This document shows positions 10,093 through 19,243 of a stretch of DNA of 61,632 nt, piece by piece. Every line of letters starts with the position of its first letter. Positions within the stretch are counted from its first letter, which is position 1. The DNA is taken from IMG/VR virus record IMGVR_UViG_3300049783_001456, positions 1 to 61,632 of that record; one strand, written 5' to 3'. The translations under genes were made by a program, and so were the position numbers. Below the pieces are notes generated by a model. That model worked only from the letters and a program-made list of their open reading frames with translations. It ran no database searches and was not told where the DNA came from. The stretch is from a virus. Taxonomy: Duplodnaviria > Caudoviricetes.

Positions 10093-10330
10093 TCCACTCA
10101 CACGTCCTAGACAACGGCACTGAGGTGCTTGTTTCCGAAAGCCTGGGCTGCTGCGAAGAATACTCTCCGGTCGGAGTGCTCTACTTCCGTGGTGGTGTTG
10201 GTAGGTGCACCCAGTGCGCTCTCCGCCTCGGTTGGTTGGACGAACCACTACGGTAACGTCAGCGGTTCCTCCCCCTACTGCTCGGTCATCCCCACACCCT
10301 GAAACACGGAGTGGGGATGATCTCGTTTTC

Positions 10331-10409
10331 AGGGTAGCTTTCTACCAGGAACTAGAGTATGATGATTCGTACCGGCCAACGGGGTCGGCAACTATCAAGG
10401 AGTTCTCCA
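10331..10409 (+). promoter_or_regulatory. Composite promoter-hairpin-RBS element
   Basis: AGGGTAGCTTT, TATGAT, N7, ACCGGCC-AACGG-GGTCGG, AAGGAG. Confidence 0.75.
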
Positions 10410-10643
10410 ATGTTTGGATGTCACAAGTGCGGCACTGTCGGTTCAACTGAAGCGTGTGCAACCCTGGTCCGGCCTGACGGTGTCCCTTACGTGAACACGG
10501 CCTGCGTGCCGGTCAGCTCGTCCGGTGCCGTCTGGGCTCATGAAGATCAGTGGCTTGACACCTTCTTCAATCAGCGCCGTGAGAGCTCTTACTTCGGTGA
10601 GGTTGAGGCTGACTACGTCGGCTGGTGGCCTGCGTCTATTTGA
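10410..10643 (+). CDS. Hypothetical Cys-containing early protein
   Basis: ATG after AAGGAG; MFGCHKCG... Confidence 0.65.
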   Translation: MFGCHKCGTVGSTEACATLVRPDGVPYVNTACVPVSSSGAVWAHEDQWLDTFFNQRRESSYFGEVEADYVGWWPASI

Positions 10644-10775
10644 ACCGGGCTGTTCGTCTCAGAGTAGCTCTGCTCATAGCAGCTGCACGCTTCCCTGAGA
10701 TGGACGCCTCTCGGTCCTTCCAGCGTAGTCCTACGCAATCCTCGCAGTAGCAGCGTCGGGCGTCGGGGTTGTGAC

Positions 10776-11120
10776 TCATAGCATCTCCTGAAGTTGTAGT
10801 CTGCCTTCGTCGTCTGGGAGGTAGACACCGAGGTCTTCATCCATGACGCTGTAGATCCAGCACTGGAGTTCGGGCTGAGCTAGGAGCTCGTCGAGCTCGC
10901 TCGGGATGGCGGGGTCGAAGCTGTGCGAATGCCACACGCCGGTGACCCTGCCAGTCTCCCACCAGAGGTCCGCAGACGCCTGAGGGATCAGGAAGCTATT
11001 CTGAGGGTCTTCCGCCACGTTGTTGCAGATGACGAACCCTCCGTAGTCCAGCAGGAATCCACAGGCCTCTGACGGGAACTGAGTGTTGGCTTCCTGGGCA
11101 ATAGCCTGCTTGATGTCCAT
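10776..11120 (-). CDS. JAB/MPN (Mov34) domain metalloprotease
   Basis: PSEACGFL...WHSH...PSELD matches the JAMM E-xn-HxH-x7-S-x2-D motif; GAGGGG RBS before ATG 11120. Confidence 0.85.
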   Translation of the reverse strand: MDIKQAIAQEANTQFPSEACGFLLDYGGFVICNNVAEDPQNSFLIPQASADLWWETGRVTGVWHSHSFDPAIPSELDELLAQPELQCWIYSVMDEDLGVYLPDDEGRLQLQEML

Positions 11121-11540
11121 CAGTTCCCCCTCGTTGATGCGGTGGCCTGGTTGTGGTGACCGATGCAGTGGCGTCGTTTCAACCCACCCCTGTCGTTTCG
11201 TTCCCACCAAGACTGTTCCGCTGAACTCGACCTGCAGAGTTTGCAGTGCTTGGGGGTGGGGATCATCGGTTGATCACGAAGACCCAGGCAGCGGCGCTCC
11301 AGAGGACGACATAGACGGCAGCGGCGAGCGACATTGCGAGGTCGCTGTCGGAAGGTTTGAGTTTCACAGTATCTCCACAGTGACTAGAGGTTCGTGGTGG
11401 CTGTTGAACCAGGCTTGGACTTGCTTATCCTTCTCCAGGAGGACGGAGCCACTGTGCCCTGGGCACGGTTCACCCTCAGACTCCAGCAGGACAATAGACT
11501 GGCAGCTACGACAGCCGAGGCACACGCTGTAGAGAGTCAC

Positions 11541-11720
11541 TCAAGACCTCTTGTGCGGGTGGGGTCGGGTGCCAACCCAACAGAGGACTACGTCCCACAG
11601 GACCCTGAGCTTGTTTCTCCCCACGCCGTGGCTGTTGCCGCAGCATGGGGAACTCTGTAGGACCCACCCGTGGGGGAGGCCTCCTGCGGCACCCCAGTCT
11701 TTCCAGTTCATCTTGTTCAT
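11541..11720 (-). CDS. Small hypothetical protein, probably leaderless
   Basis: GGGGTAG...GGGG-TAGGCT-N7-ATG; 59-aa ORF translated by hand. Confidence 0.45.
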   Translation of the reverse strand: MNKMNWKDWGAAGGLPHGWVLQSSPCCGNSHGVGRNKLRVLWDVVLCWVGTRPHPHKRS

Positions 11721-11764
11721 AGCCTACAGCCTACCCCACGCCAACTGAGAAACTACCCCAACCA

Positions 11765-12472
11765 TCAGATTAGGTCGATCTCTATGGCAGTGTTCTTGCG
11801 GAGCTCTGCGGATAGTGCAGCGTTCAACGCCTCACGCAAGTCCGGTGCCAAGCCTGCAGTTGCTACAGCGTTGTTGAGCGCTCTGAAGAAGACGTCGCTG
11901 GTGTCTTCAGCCAGTTGTATGCGACGCTCTTCGATGCCTGCCTCGAGCGCTGTCTTACAGGCTCGTTCGTAACGCTCGGTCCACACCCTCAGCAAGTTGA
12001 CGTAGATGCTCGGGACCATCTCCTCTTTGCTGTCGAGTCCCCAGAAGGCGTCGTTGGTTGTCACCTGCTTGGTTTGGATCATGTCGCCTGGACCTTCGAT
12101 GAGGACCTCGCTGACGGAAGGTTCTTCCTGCAGCTCGCCAACCTTGAAGCTGAGGACACGCATCATCGAACCAGAGATACGGACGACCTCGAGCAACCCA
12201 TCTATCGGGTGCTGATCGGGAAGATCGCATTCCCGCATGAGGTCGGCTATCTCCCCCTCGGCAGACATCATGGCGAGCTTATGAGATGCCGCCACCTTCG
12301 TCTTGGTCAACGCTCCGCCGTGGGAACGGCAAACCTCCGCACCGGCGATGGGTGCCTTTGTACAGGGCACCTGTCTGTCAGTCCCGGTGCGGTGTGCCTT
12401 GCAGGCAACGTTCCCGTGTCGGGTGACGTGGATCTTGCCGCAGTCATCACAGATCTTCTTTGCTCGGCTCAC
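11765..12472 (-). CDS. HGGxSTG-like Zn-binding protein, candidate terminase small subunit
   Basis: CKAH...PCTKAPIAGAEVCRSHGG followed by a helical region ending ERRIQLAE. Confidence 0.55.
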   Translation of the reverse strand: MSRAKKICDDCGKIHVTRHGNVACKAHRTGTDRQVPCTKAPIAGAEVCRSHGGALTKTKVAASHKLAMMSAEGEIADLMRECDLPDQHPIDGLLEVVRISGSMMRVLSFKVGELQEEPSVSEVLIEGPGDMIQTKQVTTNDAFWGLDSKEEMVPSIYVNLLRVWTERYERACKTALEAGIEERRIQLAEDTSDVFFRALNNAVATAGLAPDLREALNAALSAELRKNTAIEIDLI

Positions 12473-12474
12473 TT

Positions 12475-12609
12475 CTACTCGGCTTTCTTGAGGGGGATGG
12501 AACGTTCGGATTTCTTAGAGCACCGATGCATGACTTCCTTGACGCCGCTCGGTTGGGTGGTCATGAAACCACAGCCATTGGCGTGGCACTCCCAGAGTAC
12601 TTCGTTCAT
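12475..12609 (-). CDS. 44-aa Cys/His protein, paralogous to the C-terminus of 24236..24580
   Basis: MNEVLWECHANGCGFMTTQPSGVKEVMHRCSKKSERSIPLKKAE; GAGGAG RBS. Confidence 0.6.
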   Translation of the reverse strand: MNEVLWECHANGCGFMTTQPSGVKEVMHRCSKKSERSIPLKKAE

Positions 12610-13163
12610 GAAGTCTCTCCTCTTTGGTAAGTGAACGGCCAGTCAGGTGCACAGCCGTAGTTCGGTGCGGTCCAAGGTCGCTGCCCACACTCGGCATACA
12701 GCTCAAGCATCACGTCGAACTGCATCCCGATGTCCATGCGGAGCACGTCCTGACTGCAAGTGAACTCGGGGCAAGCCAGGCCATCGGCTGTCCGGTAGTG
12801 GATGCCGTTGATCATGAAGAGACCTGTGTCGCTTCGGTGGTGAGGTGGGCCTGCAGCTACATGCGTCACGTTGCAGTTGGCGTCGGTCCGATCCTGTCCC
12901 TGGATGAATGGGCAGCAGTTTGATTCACGCTTGGCAGTTGGCACCAGGAAGGCGATCACCCGAGGCTTGACGCTGAGTTCGTGTAGCTTGTCCTCGACCC
13001 ACTGGCACTCGAACGCAACGAACGATGTCGGCCACGCTGGCTCCGGCGGTGGAGGTGGCGCGACCATCCGGCGCTGCTCACCCCTCACGGCTGGTTGAAG
13101 ATCGCCCGCTGCTGCACTGGAGAACATGCTGAGGACAGTGGCGATGATGATGGCGATTATCAA
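12606..13163 (-). CDS. Secreted lytic transglycosylase (SLT/lysozyme-like)
   Basis: Signal peptide, catalytic RES motif, DTGLFMIN motif, GQRPW near the C-terminus. Confidence 0.7.
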   Translation of the reverse strand: MIIAIIIATVLSMFSSAAAGDLQPAVRGEQRRMVAPPPPPEPAWPTSFVAFECQWVEDKLHELSVKPRVIAFLVPTAKRESNCCPFIQGQDRTDANCNVTHVAAGPPHHRSDTGLFMINGIHYRTADGLACPEFTCSQDVLRMDIGMQFDVMLELYAECGQRPWTAPNYGCAPDWPFTYQRGETS

Positions 13164-13363
13164 CGCTCAACCTCCAGAATGATGGTGTTGGCTACGTGAG
13201 GCTTGATGACCATCTGGACTTCGGTACTTCGTACCTGTATGCCACCTTCACCGAACTCTTCAATGCCGAACTCAGTGCCGTTGTCTGTCACGACCCGGAA
13301 CCAACCTTCAACCCCTGCATCTTCCCATTCCCTCTTCTTGAGGTTGTATGTCTGCACCTTCAT
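13160..13363 (-). CDS. Hypothetical protein
   Basis: Coupled ORF with plausible composition. Confidence 0.55.
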   Translation of the reverse strand: MKVQTYNLKKREWEDAGVEGWFRVVTDNGTEFGIEEFGEGGIQVRSTEVQMVIKPHVANTIILEVER

Positions 13364-13436
13364 CCGTCGTACCTACGAACGTCTTCCAGGGATTCGCGTG
13401 CGTCCTTCTGATCTGCCGTCAGCTCTTCGTAGCTCT

Positions 13437-13718
13437 TCACTTCAGCTTCCATTCCTTGTTGCCGGAGAGTACCTTGTTGAAGGACTTGAGCATGCTCTTG
13501 ATCCAGGCTTCAGGCTTGCCTTCAGTCCACTCGCTGCGTGCGTCGTCGGCGAACACCCAGACGTACTTCACGTCTAGAGTGTAGTAGAACCGGGGTCCGT
13601 CGTGGAGTACGACGACGTTGCAGTCGAGCTTCGGCCCTGGGCAGGCGTCGGGCGTCCGCATGGGTTCCCCGAGACGGTGGTTCGTGCACCGGTATCCAAC
13701 GACTGGTGTGTCGCTCAT
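13437..13718 (-). CDS. Hypothetical protein
   Basis: Preceded by a GGGGTAG...GGGGTAGGCT promoter-like motif (13751-13782, minus strand). Confidence 0.6.
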   Translation of the reverse strand: MSDTPVVGYRCTNHRLGEPMRTPDACPGPKLDCNVVVLHDGPRFYYTLDVKYVWVFADDARSEWTEGKPEAWIKSMLKSFNKVLSGNKEWKLK

Positions 13719-13839
13719 GTTGAGCTCTCTTTCGTTTGAGGTTTGCTACAGCCTACCCCAAGCTGCTGGGAGACACTACCCCAGGTCTGTAACAGCGATC
13801 ATGAAGGCGAAGACGACAGCCAGAGCCACCAGGATCGAC

Positions 13840-14049
13840 CTAATAAGAAACGGCGTCACAGAGCGAAGCACGGAGCGAAGCACGACTGATCCCTGAAGCT
13901 CCGAGCTTCTTTGCGATCGCCTTCAGGTGAGGGTTCACGGTGCCGTCAGAAATCCCCAGCTGCTCGGCGAGGTCGCGATATTGAACGTCGTTCAACCAAA
14001 GGTTGAGCACCTCTTGCTGCCTTGGTGTGAGTGGTAGTTGGTCTGCCAT
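13840..14049 (-). CDS. LuxR/GerE-type helix-turn-helix protein
   Basis: LTPRQQEVL...YRDLAEQLGISDGTVNPHLKAIAKKLG; leaderless TACCCT-N7-ATG. Confidence 0.85.
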   Translation of the reverse strand: MADQLPLTPRQQEVLNLWLNDVQYRDLAEQLGISDGTVNPHLKAIAKKLGASGISRASLRASLCDAVSY

Positions 14050-14254
14050 GGAGCTTAGGGTACTGTGCCCCGAGGCAGACCGGTCTAGAGACATAGCCTG
14101 CAGAAGTCTGGCACCGAGACATCGTTGGGCTCGAGGATGTCGTCAGACTCACGTCGAGGGAACGGTGCACACTTGGCCCTGCCTAAGGGGAAGCGCTCGG
14201 TGTCAGGGTCGTTGACGAGCCTGTGAGCTTTCCCCCTGGGCAGCTTGAAGCAGA

Positions 14255-14395
14255 TCAGGTGCACGATTCGCAGACCTCCGGATTCTCAAGGCCACACTCG
14301 AGCGGGGTGTCGTCGCTGAAGAGGTCGGCGTCGGGATCTCCTGTCACCTGCAAGAACTCTTCGAAACCCATCTTGATTACTTTGTCTGATTGCAT
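14255..14395 (-). CDS. 46-aa acidic peptide ending CGLENPEVCESCT
   Basis: Manual translation; TAGGGT-N7-ATG leaderless start. Confidence 0.6.
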   Translation of the reverse strand: MQSDKVIKMGFEEFLQVTGDPDADLFSDDTPLECGLENPEVCESCT

Positions 14396-14470
14396 GGTCC
14401 GTACCCTACTCTACAAAATACTTCCTGGTTGGGGTAGTGTTCCAGGATGTGTTGCGCTATCATGATGTAC

Positions 14471-14701
14471 ATGGCCAACACAAACCTCCTCCTCAACTTC
14501 ACGCTCACCGAAATCCAGGACCTCAAACTCCTCACTCCGCTCTCGGCAGCTGGGCAGATCCTGGTCCGTAACGGCTTCAAGCTGCCAAGCGTCTCTGATG
14601 AATGGCTTCACGCTATGGCTGACACGGCAAACGCTAGCACTGAGTCCTCCGTCAAGGCAGCGCTCGAGGCTATCAAGGCGCATCACCCAGCCTTCAGCTG
14701 A
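14471..14701 (+). CDS. Hypothetical protein, leaderless, driven by a copy of the composite element
   Basis: GGGGTAGTGTTCCAGGA...TATCAT-GATGTAC-ATG. Confidence 0.65.
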   Translation: MANTNLLLNFTLTEIQDLKLLTPLSAAGQILVRNGFKLPSVSDEWLHAMADTANASTESSVKAALEAIKAHHPAFS

Positions 14702-15869
14702 GCGGCATGTAGACAGTCTCGCCTGGCTGGAACACGTGGTCCCATCCACCGTTCCAAGCGTAGAACGTGTCCAGCCTCGAGCGGTCTACCCCGATGCGGT
14801 CCAACGTGGCTAGAGGTCCCTCTCCCGGGAGCACTTGCGTCCGCAGCCCGGATACGCCAGGAGTGAAGATGCGGTGCGGATGGGAAGGCGTCGAGAACGT
14901 CTTGAAGCCTGCCGTGTCGATACGGAGGTTCTTGCTGCCGTCTCCGTATGCGAGCTCAGCCACGCTCCAGGGTGAGTCGCCCGACTCGACGTAGTACATG
15001 ATGTCGCCCACGGCCACGACGTCGAACTCCGGTGTGACTTCGATGGCGGGAGCGGGAGCGTTGAGACCGACGATGTAGTCCATGACTGGCCATGTCTCCT
15101 TGGTACCCACGACGCCATCGCTCGTGATCCCGAAGTAGCGCTGGAGCTCCTGCACTCGCCGCTGGGTCTTGGGGCCGAACCGACCGTCGACAGAGATGTT
15201 GCCGCCGCAGTAGTAGAAGATGACATCTTGCAGGTAGCGGACGTGGTTGGACTCTGCGCCTCTTCGAAGCTCTGCCTTGTTTCCGTCGAGCGGGAACCAC
15301 CACCAATCATGGGGTGGGTTGTATCCGACGTTAGACAGGCCCAGAGGAGCCTGTCTAACGATGCTGGGAGCGCCGTGTCCGATGATGCCTGCTCTCACTT
15401 GGCCGATGACGCCGACACCGCAGCACGACGTGTAGTCGACATCGCCGTGGATGATGACGTCCCAATTCGGTCGAGTCGCAATGAGCTCATTGGCTGCCTT
15501 GACGGCTGCCGGGAAGGCTGGGTCCTGAGCGCCGACCATGATCTGGATCGTCCGCGACTTGTAGTTGAAGTTTCCCGAGACCTTCTTGCCTGGGTTGCTT
15601 GCTGGACGCTGGTCCCAACCACGCACTTCGTACGTCAGGCCGAACTGTGCGATGACCCAGGAGTATCCGTAGGAGTATCCCCGGTTGCGCAGGTAGGACT
15701 CGTGAGCGCTGCGGAGATGAGAGCGGAATTCGATGTCGGTGGACGGTGTGTGCGGAGAGGTAGATCCTGGATAGTGGACCACCCAGGTTCCTCCTGCTGT
15801 GTCGTCGGCTGGACCAGCCACCGGGAACATCGGGTCTTGCCAGAGGGATCTTGATATGACAGAGGGCAT
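14694..15869 (-). CDS. Endolysin: amidase-2, peptidoglycan-binding and LysM-like domains
   Basis: VVHY...GYSWVI...YEVRGW...HGDVDYTSCCG amidase motifs; VDGRFGPKT...LQ...DGVVG PG-binding; YYVESGDSPWSVA LysM; start reassigned to leaderless ATG 15869. Confidence 0.85.
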   Translation of the reverse strand: MPSVISRSLWQDPMFPVAGPADDTAGGTWVVHYPGSTSPHTPSTDIEFRSHLRSAHESYLRNRGYSYGYSWVIAQFGLTYEVRGWDQRPASNPGKKVSGNFNYKSRTIQIMVGAQDPAFPAAVKAANELIATRPNWDVIIHGDVDYTSCCGVGVIGQVRAGIIGHGAPSIVRQAPLGLSNVGYNPPHDWWWFPLDGNKAELRRGAESNHVRYLQDVIFYYCGGNISVDGRFGPKTQRRVQELQRYFGITSDGVVGTKETWPVMDYIVGLNAPAPAIEVTPEFDVVAVGDIMYYVESGDSPWSVAELAYGDGSKNLRIDTAGFKTFSTPSHPHRIFTPGVSGLRTQVLPGEGPLATLDRIGVDRSRLDTFYAWNGGWDHVFQPGETVYMPLS

Positions 15870-16121
15870 GCTATGAACCGTACCCTCGCTCCCTCTGATA
15901 CACGTCTCATTTCCCTCCTCTCTCCCGATAATGTCTGTCGGCTCACCTCGTGTCCTCCATGTGAGCGGCAGCCCATCTCCACCTATCCTGCGTCTCGTGA
16001 CCTCCACACGGCCCGGATACTCCAGCAAGACCCAGGTACACCCTTGCAAACAGCCACCAGGAACACCCGACTTAGCCAGTTTTCCGTACATTTCTACTCA
16101 GTACGCTGGTGTTATACCCCC

Positions 16122-16220
16122 TTCGGCTTAGACGGCTTATTCAGTTCCAATCCTCCTACGTATAGAAAAAATATTCAATATATATAAAGGATGGGAAGCG
16201 ATTAAGCCGTCTAAGCCGAA
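16122..16220. other. Candidate replication origin: perfect 18-bp inverted repeat flanking an AT-rich core
   Basis: TTCGGCTTAGACGGCTTA (16122-16139) and TAAGCCGTCTAAGCCGAA (16203-16220) around TATAGAAAAAATATTCAATATATATAAA; directly downstream of the primase-helicase. Confidence 0.6.
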
Positions 16221-16232
16221 CACCACATTTCC

Positions 16233-18710
16233 TTACTCTATGCAGGGGCTAAAGCTGATTCCCTGAAAGACCCAAGGACGAGTCGGGAGTTCCTGATTGT
16301 ACGATTCTGGCCTGTTTATGCTGTCAAGATCTCGAGTTTGCATCTTTTCAACATGTGGGAACGTGCTGCTGCCGACGATCCTGGCCACGATTAGGGGTAG
16401 ACCCCACACTGTTTGACCCCGACCGATGAGCCATTTCGAGAAGACGTAATGGAAGTCGGCGGTGCTGACTCTGGAGTTTGGGTCCAGGTGGACGTTGCCT
16501 TCACCTAGGAAGAGGCGGAGCATGTCCGACCCTCCACGCCACTCCTGAGTGTCTTGCTCGACCCTGGCAGGCCTCGGAGGGAGCACCTCGCCGCTCTCGT
16601 GCCATCGCACTGCACCTTTCACGAGCCAAGCGAGGACAGCCTCTCGACGGCCTCCTACACCGCTGCTGACGTTGGCCCTGAAGTTGTCCTTCTTCGGGAA
16701 GGTCTTGTTGTACTTGACTAGCGCCAACCGTCGCCACGTCCCGTGGTCCGTCTCGTGTATCTGCGGCGTGTAGTTGGTCATGAGAAAGAGGGAGTGCGTC
16801 GGCTTCCAGGACATGTTGTCTTTGAACATGCCACGGGCTGTGATACGGTCTGTTCCGAGCACTGCCTTGAGGCGCTGCACGTTCAGCTTTCCAGCCTCCG
16901 GCGTCTCCTCGATAACAGCCACCCGGACACCCAGCAGAGACATGAGCTCGGTTGGGTGGTCGTTGGGTGAGGCCCGCAACAGCTTGTCGGGGACGAGGGT
17001 AATGTGCTCACCCAGTGCCGAGAAGAGTCCCGCTAACAGCGTCGACTTCCCGTTAGAGCCGTTGCCGACGCCGACAGGGAGTACGTCGTCGGAGGTGGGC
17101 CAACCGGTGGCAGCCTGTCCGAAGCGGAGCTGCATCCAGTCCATCACGTCCGGCTCGAGTGCTTCGAGGCAGGCGTCCCAGTCTGGGTGGGTCGCATCGG
17201 GTTCGTAGTCTGCTTCGGTGAGCTTGGTCATGAGGTAGCGACGTTGGTGCTCGAGAAGCTCACCGTTACGTAGGTCGATGACACCGTTGCCGACGTTGAG
17301 GAGGTAGTTCTGCGTGTCGAAGCTGTTTGATCGGACAGCCACGAACCCCTTCATGAGCTTCGCTACCGAACCGACCTTGTTGGCTCCCAGTAGACCTTTC
17401 GCAGCAGACACAGCAGCCTTGAGGTCTTTGGGGTCGCCGATGTCAGCCTTGTACTTCTTGATCAGCTTGGGGGCGAGGTTGCTCATCACCTTGCGGACTG
17501 CCTCGACGGACTCCTCGTTGGAGCGGAGCGACCACTGGCGACCGTCCCAGCTCATCCAACCCATTCCCGACGACCAACACCAGTCGTTGTCGAGACCTTT
17601 GCGGGCGACCCACATAGTCATGTACGAGTCGTCGAGCTGCTTCGGGAGATCAGGGAGCGCCTTGAGGGTTGCCTCGGGAGGGTCGACCATAGCGAAGTCG
17701 TCGACGGGGTCGAAGCGCTCGAGCCAAGGTGGCGTGTCGACGGGGTCGAGGGTCGCCTTGTCGACGAGCGCACCTTCTGCCCACTTGTCGAGGATGTAGT
17801 TACCGAGCTCCTCGTCGGACGTCACGTTGCTGATGAACTGCTCAGCGTCTTCCCGAGTGAAGTCGGTCCAGGGCGACGCCACCATCTTAGAGAGCGACCA
17901 GGCAAACCGGTAGCACTGAGCGTCCCAGCCTCTGCCGGATTCCTCGTCCCGGTCCTGCTCCTTGAAGTCCTCATAATTGACGTCTTGGAACGTCTTGAGC
18001 CAACCGGCGAGGCGCTCGTCTACGTACTCTCGTGCCTCCCTCTGCTTGTCTTCGTCAAGTTCGTCGTATCGGTCGCCGTCGTACTCGCTGACGTTGCCGA
18101 GCCCAGACCCACCGCTATGGGTGTCGTGCCACGTGCGGATGAATTTGGCGAAGTCCTCGACGCTTGTATCGACACCGAGGAGGTTCAGGTTGTCGAGGTC
18201 GGGGTCGAGCTCCCACTTGTAGGTGAGCATCTTGCCCCGGTTTGCTTCGGACTTGCTCGCCTTGACGGTGGGTGCTAGGTAGATGAACGTGCGACCGACC
18301 CCTTCAGCGTTACCACCTTGGAAGTCGATTCCCGGTAGGACGTCTTGGATCTTGCGTTCGCCGATAGTAGCCACCAAGTAGTGTTCGCCTCCTGACGGGG
18401 TCGAGGCACGGCCATACACCGTTGGTAGCTTGCCCCCGAGTGCCTCGGTGAGCGCTTCGATTGTACCACCGTTCTGCGGGTCGATGTCGATGGCGTCGAC
18501 GGTGTGGCCCATGACAGCGCACAGTGCCCAGCCAGGCTTCCAGCGGTCGACTTTCTTTGGGTCAGCTTTGGCCTGTTGCCAGCCGACGGGAAGCTTGAAT
18601 GGGATCTCCCCCTTCTGAGCGTTGGGTCGAGGCGGAGCCACAAACACAGGTACCCCTGCTTCGGCGAGGTACCGTGCGACATTGAGCGCTGATTCCTGTT
18701 CGTCGGTCAC
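16233..18710 (-). CDS. Bifunctional primase-polymerase fused to a D5/P4-type SF3 helicase
   Basis: AIDIDPQNGG and TPSGGEHY Prim-Pol motifs; LLNVGNGVIDL, GNGSNGKST Walker A, TNYTP, GTWRRL; GTG 18710 after GGAGG. Confidence 0.9.
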   Translation of the reverse strand: MTDEQESALNVARYLAEAGVPVFVAPPRPNAQKGEIPFKLPVGWQQAKADPKKVDRWKPGWALCAVMGHTVDAIDIDPQNGGTIEALTEALGGKLPTVYGRASTPSGGEHYLVATIGERKIQDVLPGIDFQGGNAEGVGRTFIYLAPTVKASKSEANRGKMLTYKWELDPDLDNLNLLGVDTSVEDFAKFIRTWHDTHSGGSGLGNVSEYDGDRYDELDEDKQREAREYVDERLAGWLKTFQDVNYEDFKEQDRDEESGRGWDAQCYRFAWSLSKMVASPWTDFTREDAEQFISNVTSDEELGNYILDKWAEGALVDKATLDPVDTPPWLERFDPVDDFAMVDPPEATLKALPDLPKQLDDSYMTMWVARKGLDNDWCWSSGMGWMSWDGRQWSLRSNEESVEAVRKVMSNLAPKLIKKYKADIGDPKDLKAAVSAAKGLLGANKVGSVAKLMKGFVAVRSNSFDTQNYLLNVGNGVIDLRNGELLEHQRRYLMTKLTEADYEPDATHPDWDACLEALEPDVMDWMQLRFGQAATGWPTSDDVLPVGVGNGSNGKSTLLAGLFSALGEHITLVPDKLLRASPNDHPTELMSLLGVRVAVIEETPEAGKLNVQRLKAVLGTDRITARGMFKDNMSWKPTHSLFLMTNYTPQIHETDHGTWRRLALVKYNKTFPKKDNFRANVSSGVGGRREAVLAWLVKGAVRWHESGEVLPPRPARVEQDTQEWRGGSDMLRLFLGEGNVHLDPNSRVSTADFHYVFSKWLIGRGQTVWGLPLIVARIVGSSTFPHVEKMQTRDLDSINRPESYNQELPTRPWVFQGISFSPCIE

Positions 18711-18883
18711 GCCTCCACCTGCGACCGGCGAAGATTGGCAGCCTGTTCCTCGAGTACCGCAACACGTGCCTCGATACGTTCCGGGTGATGGTGGGCGCAT
18801 GTCAAAGCACCCATCTTGCGGTGCCTTGTGCAGGGCGACCCGTCTAGGTTTGTGCCGACGCACAGCACTTCTTTGATATGCAT
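18707..18883 (-). CDS. Small Cys/His (Zn-finger-like) protein
   Basis: CVGTNLDGSPC...CAHH; ATG 18883; overlaps the primase start. Confidence 0.5.
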   Translation of the reverse strand: MHIKEVLCVGTNLDGSPCTRHRKMGALTCAHHHPERIEARVAVLEEQAANLRRSQVEA

Positions 18884-18979
18884 TGTGTAGCTACCCTCTG
18901 TAGGTGGAGGTGGCACACTATAGCCCAGCCGATAGTTCTCCACTACCCAAACCAAAATTCTCACGGTACCCTCTACCCC

Positions 18980-19243
18980 ATGCTTGAATCAAAGGTAGAA
19001 TCGATCTTCGCAGACAGGGTCAGGGAGCTAGGTGGTCGGAGTTTCAAGTTCGCTCCGATATTTGCAGGCAACCCGGACCGTATCGTGCTGATGCCAGGGG
19101 GCGTGATCCGCCTGGTCGAGCTGAAGGCCGACGACGGAGCGCTGAGAGCCGTGCAAGTCCTCTGGCACCGTCGAGCTGCCGACCTAGGCACCGATGTTGA
19201 AGTGGTGACTGGCGCCACCGAGGCTAGAGCTTGGATACTGTGA
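18980..19243 (+). CDS. VRR-NUC domain nuclease
   Basis: ESKVE...GNPDRIVL...LVELK...Q; leaderless TACCCT-N7-ATG. Confidence 0.88.
   Translation: MLESKVESIFADRVRELGGRSFKFAPIFAGNPDRIVLMPGGVIRLVELKADDGALRAVQVLWHRRAADLGTDVEVVTGATEARAWIL

Noticed and set aside
13861-13884. Short tandem repeat GAGCGAAGCACG twice
   Set aside because: It is an in-frame RASL-RASL duplication at the end of the LuxR-like gene, with no other support.
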